Assembly (NCBI RefSeq): GCF_049243625.1
Contig: NZ_CP046975.1
Strand: one strand, 5' to 3'
DNA length: 32,000 bases
Origin: Corynebacterium amycolatum
GTDB lineage: Bacteria > Actinomycetota > Actinomycetes > Mycobacteriales > Mycobacteriaceae
The position numbers and the translations under genes were made by a program. This document shows positions 1-8,015 of this stretch, piece by piece; the stretch's first letter is position 1, and each line of letters starts with the position of its first letter. The notes beneath the pieces were generated by a model. That model was not told the DNA's origin and ran no database searches. It was given only the letters and a program-made list of their open reading frames with translations.

Positions 1-1
1 G

Positions 2-166
2 CTCACCGGTCACGATCCACAGCGTGTGGTGGCGTGTACCAGCAGTGAGTTCCCTCGTCCGGCCGTGCGTCCGGCCTGGTCCGTGTTGGATGGTTCCGCA
101 TGGAGTGAGGTAGGTCTACATTCGCTTCCGGAGTGGCAGGACACTTTGCGTGCAGTCCTGACCTAG
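2..166 (+). CDS. rmlD: dTDP-4-dehydrorhamnose reductase, 3' end only (gene runs off the left edge)
   Basis: Frame +2 is open from the window edge to TAG 164-166. It reads LTGHDPQRVVACTSSEFPRPAVRPAWSVLDGSAWSEVGLHSLPEWQDTLRAVLT. The SEFPRPAxRPAxSVLD ... W..L tail looks like the usual RmlD C-terminus, and the gene lies directly upstream of a WbbL-type rhamnosyltransferase. It is absent from the ORF track because it has no start codon in the window. Confidence 0.65.
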   Translation, partial: LTGHDPQRVVACTSSEFPRPAVRPAWSVLDGSAWSEVGLHSLPEWQDTLRAVLT

Positions 167-177
167 GGTCTAGGTTT

Positions 178-1101
178 GTGAATGCAACCTCGAATTCCCC
201 GCAATCCTCACAGCTTCCGCTCGGTGTGGTCACCGTGACCTTTTCGCCCGGTGAGCACCTGAGCAAGCTGGTGGATTCGCTGGGCCCCGCCGCCAGTGCC
301 TCCACGCGTCTGATCATGGCCGACAACGGCTCGACGGATGGTTCCGTGGAGAAGGAAGAAGCTCGGGCCAAGGAGACCGGAGCGGATGTTCAGCTTCTGC
401 GCACCGGCGGCAACATTGGCTATGGCGCGGCCGCCAACCGTGGCATTGCGGAGCTGGGACGGGCTCGCCGTGCCGGTGAGATTAATCCTGATTACGTCAT
501 GCTGGTCAACCCTGACGTGGTGTTTGCCCCTGGCGCAATCGATGTTCTGTTGGAATGCGCGCAGCGCAATCCCAAAGCCGGAGCTATTGGTCCGCTGATT
601 CGCGAGGCGGATGGCAGCGTGTACCCGTCGGCACGCGCGGTTCCTGAGCTTGTCAGTGGTATCGGACACGCGCTGCTCGCCGATATCTGGCCTACTAACC
701 CTTTCTCACGGCGCTACCGGGATGACGCGGATATGGATCGCGAGCGACCGGCCGGCTGGTTGTCGGGCGCATGCCTGCTGCTGCGATGGGATGCGTTCGA
801 CCAGATTGATGGCTTTGATACCCGCTACTTCATGTACATGGAGGACGTGGATTTGGGCGACCGACTGGGCAAGGCTGGTTGGAGGAATATTTTCTGTCCT
901 CGTGCAGAGATTCGTCACGCGCAGGGGCATTCTGCCAGTAAGCACCCAGAAATTACCGTAAAGGCCCATCACGAGTCGGCCTACCGCTTTATGTCAGATC
1001 GCCTGCCGGGGCCGGCGTTGGCACCTGTGCGACTGGCATTGCGTTTGGGGCTGTTCCTGCGTGGCAAAGTCATAATCGCGGTCAAAAAGCGTAGGAATTA
1101 A
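178..1101 (+). CDS. wbbL: GT2-family glycosyltransferase, WbbL-type rhamnosyltransferase
   Basis: Track ORF 133-1101. GT-A/GT2 hallmarks are present: VVTVTFSPG, ADNGSTDGS, NIGYGAAANRG, NPDV, YMEDVDLG. It sits immediately after rmlD, as in the mycobacterial rmlD-wbbL pair. I moved the start to in-frame GTG 178 because GTG 133 would overlap rmlD by 34 nt; either start is possible. Confidence 0.8.
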   Translation: MNATSNSPQSSQLPLGVVTVTFSPGEHLSKLVDSLGPAASASTRLIMADNGSTDGSVEKEEARAKETGADVQLLRTGGNIGYGAAANRGIAELGRARRAGEINPDYVMLVNPDVVFAPGAIDVLLECAQRNPKAGAIGPLIREADGSVYPSARAVPELVSGIGHALLADIWPTNPFSRRYRDDADMDRERPAGWLSGACLLLRWDAFDQIDGFDTRYFMYMEDVDLGDRLGKAGWRNIFCPRAEIRHAQGHSASKHPEITVKAHHESAYRFMSDRLPGPALAPVRLALRLGLFLRGKVIIAVKKRRN

Positions 1102-1142
1102 TTGACTGTTGGAATGATCCATCGAAGAAAGTTACCGATTTC

Positions 1143-2300
1143 ATGACTACCGAAGTTCGTCCGAGTGCTGGGCATGGCTCCGCTTTCCAGCCGGGAGCGG
1201 ATGCTGCACAGCAGGCGGGAGCCACGTTGGCTGAACAGACTGACGCTGTCATTCTGGTCGGCGGGCAAGGTACGCGTTTGCGTCCCCTTACTGTGAATAC
1301 GCCGAAGCCGATGCTGCCCACGGCAGGACATCCATTCCTGGAGCATCTGCTTGGCCGCATTCGTGCAGCAGGTATGAAGCACGTGATATTGGGCACCTCC
1401 TACCGTGCTGAAGTATTTGAAGAACACTTCGGCGACGGTTCGGATTTGGGTCTCGAAATTGAATATGTCTTTGAGGCTGAGCCGCTGGGGACCGGTGGCG
1501 GTATCCGAAACGTCCTCGACAAGCTGCGCTATGACACCGCGATGATTTTCAACGGCGATGTCCTCGGCGGCACCGACTTGCGCGCGGTGTTGGGTACTCA
1601 CGCGGAGAAGGACGCGGACGTCACGATGCACCTCGTACGTGTGCCGGATCCACGCGCGTTCGGCTGTGTTCCGACCGATGAGGATGGGCGCGTCCTGGAG
1701 TTTCTGGAGAAGACCCAGGATCCGCCAACCGATCAGATTAATGCCGGTATCTACGTGTTCCGCCGCGAGATTATCGAATCGATTCCGGCTGGTCGTCCTA
1801 TTAGCGTTGAGCGTGAAATCTTCCCAGCGCTGCTCGACCGCGGTATGAACGTCTACGGTCACGTTGATTACGCCTACTGGCGTGACATGGGGACTCCGGG
1901 TGACTTCGTCCGCGGCTCCTCCGATTTGGTCCGCGGTATCGCGCCGTCACCACTTCTAGAGGGTAAGCACGGCGAAGCGCTTGTCGACGAATCTGCGTCG
2001 GTCGGTGGCGGCGCTCTTCTCTACGGTGGCTCTGTCGTCGGCCGTGGGGCGGAGATTGGTGCGGGAGCTCGGATTGATCAATCGGTGATCTTCGACGGCG
2101 CACGCATCGGTGCCGGTGCTGTGATTGAGCGCTCTGTGATTGCCGATGGCGCCGATATTGGCCCGCGGACGGTCATCAGTGATGCCATTATCGGCGAGGG
2201 TGCCGTCGTTGGTGCGCGCTGTGAATTGATCAACGGTATCCGTGTGTGGCCGGGCGTCCGGATCCCCGATCACGGAGTACGTTTTTCGACGGATGTCTAG
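1143..2300 (+). CDS. manC: mannose-1-phosphate guanylyltransferase (GDP-mannose pyrophosphorylase)
   Basis: Track ORF of 385 aa. It has the nucleotidyltransferase signature LVGGQGTRLRPLT, EPLGTGGG, and a C-terminal left-handed beta-helix with hexapeptide repeats (GAGARIDQSVIFDGARIGAGAVIERSVIADGADIG). An alternative in-frame TTG at 1227 follows GGGAG by 5 nt and would remove a 28-aa N-terminal extension that orthologues lack. Confidence 0.85.
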   Translation: MTTEVRPSAGHGSAFQPGADAAQQAGATLAEQTDAVILVGGQGTRLRPLTVNTPKPMLPTAGHPFLEHLLGRIRAAGMKHVILGTSYRAEVFEEHFGDGSDLGLEIEYVFEAEPLGTGGGIRNVLDKLRYDTAMIFNGDVLGGTDLRAVLGTHAEKDADVTMHLVRVPDPRAFGCVPTDEDGRVLEFLEKTQDPPTDQINAGIYVFRREIIESIPAGRPISVEREIFPALLDRGMNVYGHVDYAYWRDMGTPGDFVRGSSDLVRGIAPSPLLEGKHGEALVDESASVGGGALLYGGSVVGRGAEIGAGARIDQSVIFDGARIGAGAVIERSVIADGADIGPRTVISDAIIGEGAVVGARCELINGIRVWPGVRIPDHGVRFSTDV

Positions 2301-2519
2301 TCTGCAGCCTTCGGCGTGTCAGACTTTTGTCGGCAATATCTGATTAGAATTGCCGGAGTATCGCCAAAGTTGCTGGTGAGAGGCATGTGGTGAATGTGGT
2401 TGAGTTCAGGTGGCAGGTTTAGGGTTCAGGCACCATCCTTCAACCTGAACTTAATCCCCAACGCGGGGGGAGGGGCTTCAGGGGCAATGAAAAGTATTGG
2501 GGCAAATTCTCTATTCGGC

Positions 2520-2549
2520 TTGACCGATGGTGGGTTACACGTGTGTAAT
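2520..2549 (+). promoter_or_regulatory. candidate sigma-A promoter for whiB2 (TTGACC-N18-TGTAAT)
   Basis: TTGACC at 2520-2525, an 18-nt spacer, then TGTAAT at 2544-2549. This lies about 70 nt upstream of the whiB2 ATG. The spacer contains the palindrome ACACGTGT (2537-2544). Motif match only. Confidence 0.35.
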
Positions 2550-2620
2550 CACAAATGTGTGTTTCGCACACTAAGCCCAATTTAAAGACCCGCAGCAACA
2601 ACCATCAGGAGGCCCTCGGC

Positions 2621-2989
2621 ATGGAAAAGTCCAGCATGTTTGATGGCGGCTCTGCTGTGGATAGTGAGACGAATGCGGGTGACATCGCTGTGAACGATAG
2701 CTCCTCTGAAAACCAGCCTCGGCCGTTGACAGAGTGGGCAGATGACCTTTCGGGGTTGTTTGAAGCCGTCGATCAGGACTGGCAGGAGCAGGCTCTGTGT
2801 GCCCAGACTGATCCAGAAGCTTTCTTCCCTGAGAAGGGTGGATCCACTCGCGAAGCAAAGCGTATTTGTCGTGCTTGTGGTGTGCGAGATGAATGCCTGG
2901 AGTTTGCTCTCGAGCATGATGAGCGCTTCGGTATTTGGGGTGGCCTCTCTGAGCGTGAGCGCCGCCGTTTGAAGCGGCAGATTGGCTAG
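2621..2989 (+). CDS. whiB2: WhiB-family transcriptional regulator (WhiB2/WhmD/WhcD type)
   Basis: Four Cys residues in the WhiB arrangement (ALCAQTD ... CRACGVRDEC), the GIWGG turn, and a basic tail RERRRLKRQ. The start is set at ATG 2621, which follows AGGAGG (2607-2612). The track ORF begins at 2555 with no SD. Synteny matches Rv3260c. Confidence 0.9.
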   Translation: MEKSSMFDGGSAVDSETNAGDIAVNDSSSENQPRPLTEWADDLSGLFEAVDQDWQEQALCAQTDPEAFFPEKGGSTREAKRICRACGVRDECLEFALEHDERFGIWGGLSERERRRLKRQIG

Positions 2990-3033
2990 GAAGGCTGGGG
3001 TCGGTTTTTATCCTTCTCTCGACCTCGCAGTTT

Positions 3034-3063
3034 CCCCTTGGGTAATACCCTGGGGGATTTTTC
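3034..3063 (+). terminator. candidate intrinsic terminator after whiB2
   Basis: CCCC-TT-GGGT-aat-ACCC-T-GGGG forms a stem with a small internal loop (3034-3056). It is followed by GATTTTTCG, and it starts 45 nt after the whiB2 stop. Confidence 0.5.
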
Positions 3064-3112
3064 GTTGAACGGGTTTTTCTGCTCTCTAGGGAGCTCCTTA
3101 GAAGAGAGCTTT

Positions 3113-3595
3113 CTACAGGAAGTTTTCGTCGAAACTAGGGTCCACCTCAACCGGATCAATACCCAGATATACCGCCACCAGGCGGGTCAGTACATATTGC
3201 AGCATCCGGTCCAGTTCCACTCGGCCCGACACACGGCGCTCAATGGGGCGGCGGAACACTACTACGCAGGGGCGGGTGGGGTTGCCTATGCGGTCAATGC
3301 CAGCAGGGATAAGCCGTCCCAGTGGGACAGGTCCGTCAGCGACAACCTCTTCCGGGAAGTACATGTCCGGGCGCAACTGCATGCGAGGAATCGTATCGAT
3401 GGCGATGTCCAGGTGCGACAGTTGTCGGGACCAGCGCTGATCCAATGGGGCATAGGCGTCAATAACCGCCTGGTCAAAAGCTTCTGAACGGCTCTTCCAA
3501 CGAGGTACTTCCGGCGGCAGCAGAGGCCCCCGAGGTCCGCGACCGCGTCGCAGTGAGCGTCGCAACGAGCGCGGAGTATAAGCCGATGAATTCAT
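3113..3595 (-). CDS. conserved actinobacterial protein, Rv3259-like
   Basis: Track ORF of 160 aa, placed between whiB2 and the DUF3499 gene as in mycobacteria. Databases label relatives 'metallopeptidase family protein', but I see no HExxH motif in this sequence. There is no obvious SD; TATGCT lies 8 nt upstream of the ATG, so the gene may be leaderless. Confidence 0.65.
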   Translation of the reverse strand: MNSSAYTPRSLRRSLRRGRGPRGPLLPPEVPRWKSRSEAFDQAVIDAYAPLDQRWSRQLSHLDIAIDTIPRMQLRPDMYFPEEVVADGPVPLGRLIPAGIDRIGNPTRPCVVVFRRPIERRVSGRVELDRMLQYVLTRLVAVYLGIDPVEVDPSFDENFL

Positions 3596-3767
3596 ATTTG
3601 TTGAGCATAATCGGTCGGCCTGTCAACGTGGGTGAGGTCAACTTTCGGCCATGTCGCGGGTTTGCTGGGTAAGGCTGGGGTGCTCCGGGGGAGCGTCGGA
3701 AAGCGAAAACGCCCGGAGTGGGAGAAAAACTATCGAAACTTAAAGTTAGGGTCTAGACTTTGATGCC

Positions 3768-4175
3768 GTGAGTGTTTTTAGACGTTGTTGCCGGCCCGGC
3801 TGTGGCAAACCTGCCGTAGCTACGTTGACGTATGCCTACGCGGAGTCGACGGCTGTGGTGGGTCCGCTCGCCGCCGCGTCCGAACCGCATAGCTGGGATC
3901 TCTGTGAGAAGCACGCGCGTTCCATCACCGCACCGCTGGGTTGGGAGCTCGTGCGTTACGACGTGCCGACGCCCGCCCAGGACGATGATGATTTGACCGC
4001 ATTGGCGGAAGCCGTCCGTGAAGCTGGCCGCAACGCGACTGGCCTGGTGTTGCGGGATGAGGTCGACAACCGTCCGCAGACCTACAAGATTGATTCCAGC
4101 CGTCACCCGTCGACGCGGAAATCCGCGCGCGGTCACCTGCATGTAGTTCGCGATCCGGAGGATTCGGACGACTAA
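3768..4175 (+). CDS. DUF3499 domain protein (Rv3258c-like)
   Basis: GTG start. The N-terminus reads RRCCRPGCGKPAVATLTYAYAESTAVVGPL ... WDLCEKHA, the characteristic Cys-rich DUF3499 signature. It lies next to pmm as in other actinobacteria. Confidence 0.8.
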   Translation: MSVFRRCCRPGCGKPAVATLTYAYAESTAVVGPLAAASEPHSWDLCEKHARSITAPLGWELVRYDVPTPAQDDDDLTALAEAVREAGRNATGLVLRDEVDNRPQTYKIDSSRHPSTRKSARGHLHVVRDPEDSDD

Positions 4176-4291
4176 CGGGGCGGGCGCCGTGCCCCAGCTC
4201 ATGCCATCTTGCCGCGGCATTTCTTTGTGAGAGCCTCTCTGTGGCTAGTATCATTTTTCACAACACTGATACTTACCCAGAGAGGTTTTTC

Positions 4292-5671
4292 GTGGGCACT
4301 TACAATCGTTCCGATTTGGATGCCGTCATCAAGGCCTATGACGTGCGCGGTGTTGTCGGTGAGGGCATCGACGCGGACCTTGTCGGAGCCATCGGCGCCG
4401 CCTTTGGGCACATCATGCGTTCAGAGGGCGCAACGCGTGCCGTAGTTGGTCACGATATGCGTGAGTCCTCGCCGGAGTTGGCGGCTAGTTTCGCCGATGG
4501 CGCGGCAGCGCAGGGGCTCAATGTCACCCTGCTCGGCCTGACCTCTACGGACGAGCTGTATTTCGCCTCCGGAGTAAGGGAATGCCCGGGCGCGATGTTC
4601 ACTGCCAGCCACAACCCAGCTGAATACAACGGCATCAAGATGTGCCGTTCGCTGGCCCGCCCAATCGGGCAGGAGACAGGGCTTGCTCAGATTAAGGATC
4701 TGCTTGTCGACGGAATCCCGGAGTACACCGGCACTCCGGGCGAAATTGATCGTGAGGATGTTCTGCAGGATTACGCGGCGTTCCTCCATGGGCTGGTCGA
4801 CATCCGCTCCGGCCGTCGCCTGAAGGTTGCAGTCGATGCCGGTAACGGTATGGGGGGACTGACAGTTCCGGCAGTGCTCGGAGAAGACATGGATGTTGCT
4901 GACCTCTACTTTGAGCTCGACGGCAACTTCCCGAATCACGAGGCCAATCCATTGGAGCCCGCCAACCTCGTTGACCTACAGAAGTTTACGGTGGAGCAGG
5001 GCGCAGACATCGGTATTGCCTTCGATGGCGACGCTGACCGCTGCTTCGTCGTCGACGAGAAGGGCAACCCGGTCAGCCCATCGGCCATCTGTGCGTTGGT
5101 GGCCACCCGCTACCTGGAGCAGAACCCGGGTGCGGCTATCATCCATAACCTGATCACCTCGCACGTCGTGCCGGAGATGATTGTGGAAAACGGCGGAACT
5201 CCGGTTCGTACCCGTGTTGGGCACTCCTTTATTAAGGCGCAAATGGCCGAGCACAGTGCTGTTTTTGGTGGCGAGCATTCAGCGCACTACTACTTCAAGG
5301 AATTCTTCAACGCAGACTCCGGCATGCTGGCTGCCATGCATGTCCTGGCCGCACTGGCCGAGCAGAACAAGCCGCTGAGTGAATTCATGGCCGAGTACAA
5401 CCGCTACGAGGCCTCCGGTGAGATTAATTCCCGCCTGGGCAGCGCCGAGGAGCAGCAGGCCAAGCAGAAGGAAATCGAGGCCGCGTTTGCCGATCGCACG
5501 GAGTCCTCGGACTGGATGGATGGCCTGACCATTGAGCTGGCGGACTCCAAGGCGTGGTTCAACGTCCGGGCCTCCAATACGGAGCCGCTGCTGCGTCTGA
5601 ACGTCGAGGCTCCGACGCGTGCTGAGGTCGACGCTCTTGTCGACGAAGTTCTCGGCATCATCCGCGGTTAA
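4292..5671 (+). CDS. pmmA: phosphomannomutase
   Basis: Active-site loop TASHNPAEYNG, metal site FDGDADR, and sugar loop GGEHSAHYYF. The track ORF starts at GTG 4241. I prefer in-frame GTG 4292, which follows AGAGAGG by 7 nt, because the first 17 codons overlap a TAGTAT -10-like box. Confidence 0.9.
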   Translation: MGTYNRSDLDAVIKAYDVRGVVGEGIDADLVGAIGAAFGHIMRSEGATRAVVGHDMRESSPELAASFADGAAAQGLNVTLLGLTSTDELYFASGVRECPGAMFTASHNPAEYNGIKMCRSLARPIGQETGLAQIKDLLVDGIPEYTGTPGEIDREDVLQDYAAFLHGLVDIRSGRRLKVAVDAGNGMGGLTVPAVLGEDMDVADLYFELDGNFPNHEANPLEPANLVDLQKFTVEQGADIGIAFDGDADRCFVVDEKGNPVSPSAICALVATRYLEQNPGAAIIHNLITSHVVPEMIVENGGTPVRTRVGHSFIKAQMAEHSAVFGGEHSAHYYFKEFFNADSGMLAAMHVLAALAEQNKPLSEFMAEYNRYEASGEINSRLGSAEEQQAKQKEIEAAFADRTESSDWMDGLTIELADSKAWFNVRASNTEPLLRLNVEAPTRAEVDALVDEVLGIIRG

Positions 5672-5697
5672 TCAACCCCACGCGCCCGTTTTCAGGC

Positions 5698-6726
5698 ATG
5701 CTTGGGAGTATGACCTCGTCATTCGACTCCTCCCATAACCCGCGCCAAGAGGCCCTGTTCTACCGTATGGCCACTGCCGGTGCAGGTCTCAGAGCTGCTG
5801 CTTCCGCGACTCGCGGGGGTGCGTTTGCTCAACTTCCACTGCCGCGCAGTGCGGTCATCCTCGTGGGAAATCGTCGGGCGCAGCTCGCTGCCGAATCCGT
5901 GCGCGCGCTTGCCGACGACATCCGCTGCCCGGTGGTAATTGCGCATCAGTTGCCCAGTTATGTCGGTGCCCTCGACTTGGTCATCGTCTGTGACGACAAC
6001 CCCGGCAGCCCACTGGGGGCAGCTCTGGCTGAAGCTGATAGGCGAGGTGCTGCCACGGTCGTGGTGGATCCCGGTGAAGGGCCACTGCGTGCCGCCGGTA
6101 GCCCCGATACGGTTGTGGTTCCGCGCCCGGCGATGGCGGAGTCCGCGTCCTTTACCGCCTATGTCGGTGCCATCGCCAGCGCGCTCACCGAATGTGGTGC
6201 CACCACCCTGGCTCCGGCCGGGGTCGTGGAGGAAGTCGCTGATGCGGTGGACGCCGATATTGCCGCCTGTGCTCCGCAGCGAGATGAAACAGTTAATCCC
6301 GCGCGGCAGGTAGCGCAGTGGGTGGCAGGCCGCAGAATGCTTGGAGTGTCGACGACCTCGGCGCTGGCACCGGTAGCGGAACTGGCATCGTTACAGATGC
6401 TTGAGGCAGGCGTGGTCTCGGCAGCGTCGTCGATAAGCGAATTGTCTCTTAGTGTGGGCGCGTTGCTCGCTGCAGAGCCCCAGGAAAGCCGTGATATTTT
6501 CTATGACCCGTTCATTGATGGTGGGGATGAAGGGGCGACAGTGCTACCGTTGGGGGCGATTGTTTTAGCTGCGCCGAACAATGTGGGCCACTACCGGGAC
6601 CACTACGGCGAGGTTGGATGGGCTCGTGTGGAGTGCCCTGCGCTCGATGCGGAGACTCATCATCCATTGGTTGAAGTATGTGTTGCTGCAGCCAGAGTTG
6701 GTGCGATTGCGGCGTTTTCTGCGTAA
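5698..6726 (+). CDS. TobH-like / SIS-like conserved protein of the mannose cluster (Rv3256c-like)
   Basis: Track ORF of 342 aa, Ala/Val-rich, with coding-like third-position GC. It lies between pmm and manA exactly as Rv3256c does. Function is unknown; the name is recalled from annotation practice. Confidence 0.6.
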   Translation: MLGSMTSSFDSSHNPRQEALFYRMATAGAGLRAAASATRGGAFAQLPLPRSAVILVGNRRAQLAAESVRALADDIRCPVVIAHQLPSYVGALDLVIVCDDNPGSPLGAALAEADRRGAATVVVDPGEGPLRAAGSPDTVVVPRPAMAESASFTAYVGAIASALTECGATTLAPAGVVEEVADAVDADIAACAPQRDETVNPARQVAQWVAGRRMLGVSTTSALAPVAELASLQMLEAGVVSAASSISELSLSVGALLAAEPQESRDIFYDPFIDGGDEGATVLPLGAIVLAAPNNVGHYRDHYGEVGWARVECPALDAETHHPLVEVCVAAARVGAIAAFSA

Positions 6727-6736
6727 TCGCCGGGTG

Positions 6737-6764
6737 TCACCGAAGGCTTTTGGGCCTTCGGTGA
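6737..6764 (+). other. perfect 11-bp stem-loop between the TobH-like gene and manA
   Basis: TCACCGAAGGC (6737-6747), loop TTTTGG, GCCTTCGGTGA (6754-6764). No U-tract follows. It begins 11 nt after the upstream stop and ends 49 nt before the manA ATG. Confidence 0.6.
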
Positions 6765-6812
6765 GATTGGCGTGCTTGCGCCAGAAGTGACTATTAGAGG
6801 AGTGATACGGGC

Positions 6813-8015
6813 ATGGAGCTGTTGGACCCCGTGCTGCAGTCGTACCCCTGGGGGTCTCGTACACATTTGGCGAGAATCACCGGTGCGGACGCTCCCACAT
6901 CGAAGCCCTGGGCGGAACTGTGGTTTGGTGCGCATGCACTGGCATCGGCCACGGTGGCCGGCACGCCGCTGGACGAGCTCATTGCGCAGGATCCGGCAGC
7001 TGCGCTCGGATATGCAATTGACACCGACAACGGCAGGCTGCCGTTCCTGTTGAAGCTGCTCGCAGCCGATGAGCCGCTATCGCTGCAGGCACACCCCACC
7101 TTGGCAGAAGCTCAGGAGGGATTTGCACGCGAAAATGCGGAGGGCATTCCGGCCACTGCACATTTCCGCAATTACCGGGACAACAACCACAAGCCAGAAC
7201 TTATTGTCGCCCTGACTACCTTCGACGCGTTGGCCGGATTCCGCCCGGTGGAGCGCACGAAGGAGTTGCTCGCGACGCTGGCGGTACCGGAGCTCGACCA
7301 CTACATGGGACTGCTCGATGCCGCCGATGACGAGAGTGCTCTGCGGGCATTGTTTACAACGTGGTTGACGTTGCCCCAGGATGTCCTCGATGAGCTGGTC
7401 AAGGCCGTGGCTGCCAAGTGCGCGGATTACAGTGGCGATGACGAGGAGTTCTCGCGAGTGGCCGAGACCACTTGCGAACTGGCTCGAAAGTATCCGGGGG
7501 ATCCGGGAGTCCTGGGGTCGATGCTGCTTAATCGCCTTCGCTTACAGCCGGGCGAAGCCATCTACCTTGGTGCGGGACAGCTGCATGCTTACCTCAATGG
7601 CATGGGCGTGGAAATCATGGCCAACTCCGACAACGTGCTGCGCGGAGGGCTGACCTCTAAGCACGTCGATGTCGTGGAGCTACTGCGCGTGCTCTCTTTC
7701 CGACCGCTGCCAGATCCGGTGCTGCAGTCGTGGCTGACCGATGATGGCTGGAATGACTATGACGCGCCGGTGCGCGAGTTCCGCCTTCGTTCGCGGGACC
7801 TGGAGCCGGGCGAACATGTTCTGCTCGACGAAGAATCCGCCACGGTTGTGTTGTCTACAGCGGGCACGGTGGCGTTGCGTCACGACGACTCCGTGGTTGA
7901 GGTTCCCAGCGGCCATGCGGCCTGGGTTCCGGCTGTCGACGCAGTTGATATTGAGCTGACTGCGCGCCAAGACGGGGCAACCGTCTTTGTCGCGACCGTC
8001 CCGCGGGTGGGTTAG
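6813..8015 (+). CDS. manA: mannose-6-phosphate isomerase, class I
   Basis: YPWGS near the N-terminus, the LSLQAHP zinc-ligand motif, and HAYLNGMGVEIMANSDNVLRGGLT. The protein is 400 aa. Confidence 0.9.
   Translation: MELLDPVLQSYPWGSRTHLARITGADAPTSKPWAELWFGAHALASATVAGTPLDELIAQDPAAALGYAIDTDNGRLPFLLKLLAADEPLSLQAHPTLAEAQEGFARENAEGIPATAHFRNYRDNNHKPELIVALTTFDALAGFRPVERTKELLATLAVPELDHYMGLLDAADDESALRALFTTWLTLPQDVLDELVKAVAAKCADYSGDDEEFSRVAETTCELARKYPGDPGVLGSMLLNRLRLQPGEAIYLGAGQLHAYLNGMGVEIMANSDNVLRGGLTSKHVDVVELLRVLSFRPLPDPVLQSWLTDDGWNDYDAPVREFRLRSRDLEPGEHVLLDEESATVVLSTAGTVALRHDDSVVEVPSGHAAWVPAVDAVDIELTARQDGATVFVATVPRVG

Noticed and set aside
1098-1862. 254-aa minus-strand ORF inside manC, and similar ORFs at 3-371 and 208-669 over rmlD/wbbL
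   Set aside because: These are shadow ORFs antisense to genes that carry clear catalytic motifs.
2394-2585. 63-aa ORF in the whiB2 leader
   Set aside because: It has no SD and a Gly-rich, odd composition. It spans the repeat array and the candidate promoter, so the region is better explained as regulatory DNA.
2991-3681. 11-mer AAGGCTGGGGT present on both sides of the Rv3259-like gene (2991-3001 and 3671-3681), considered as possible target-site duplication
   Set aside because: A rough estimate predicts several chance 11-mer repeats within 1 kb across a 32-kb window. There are no terminal inverted repeats and no mobile gene between the copies.
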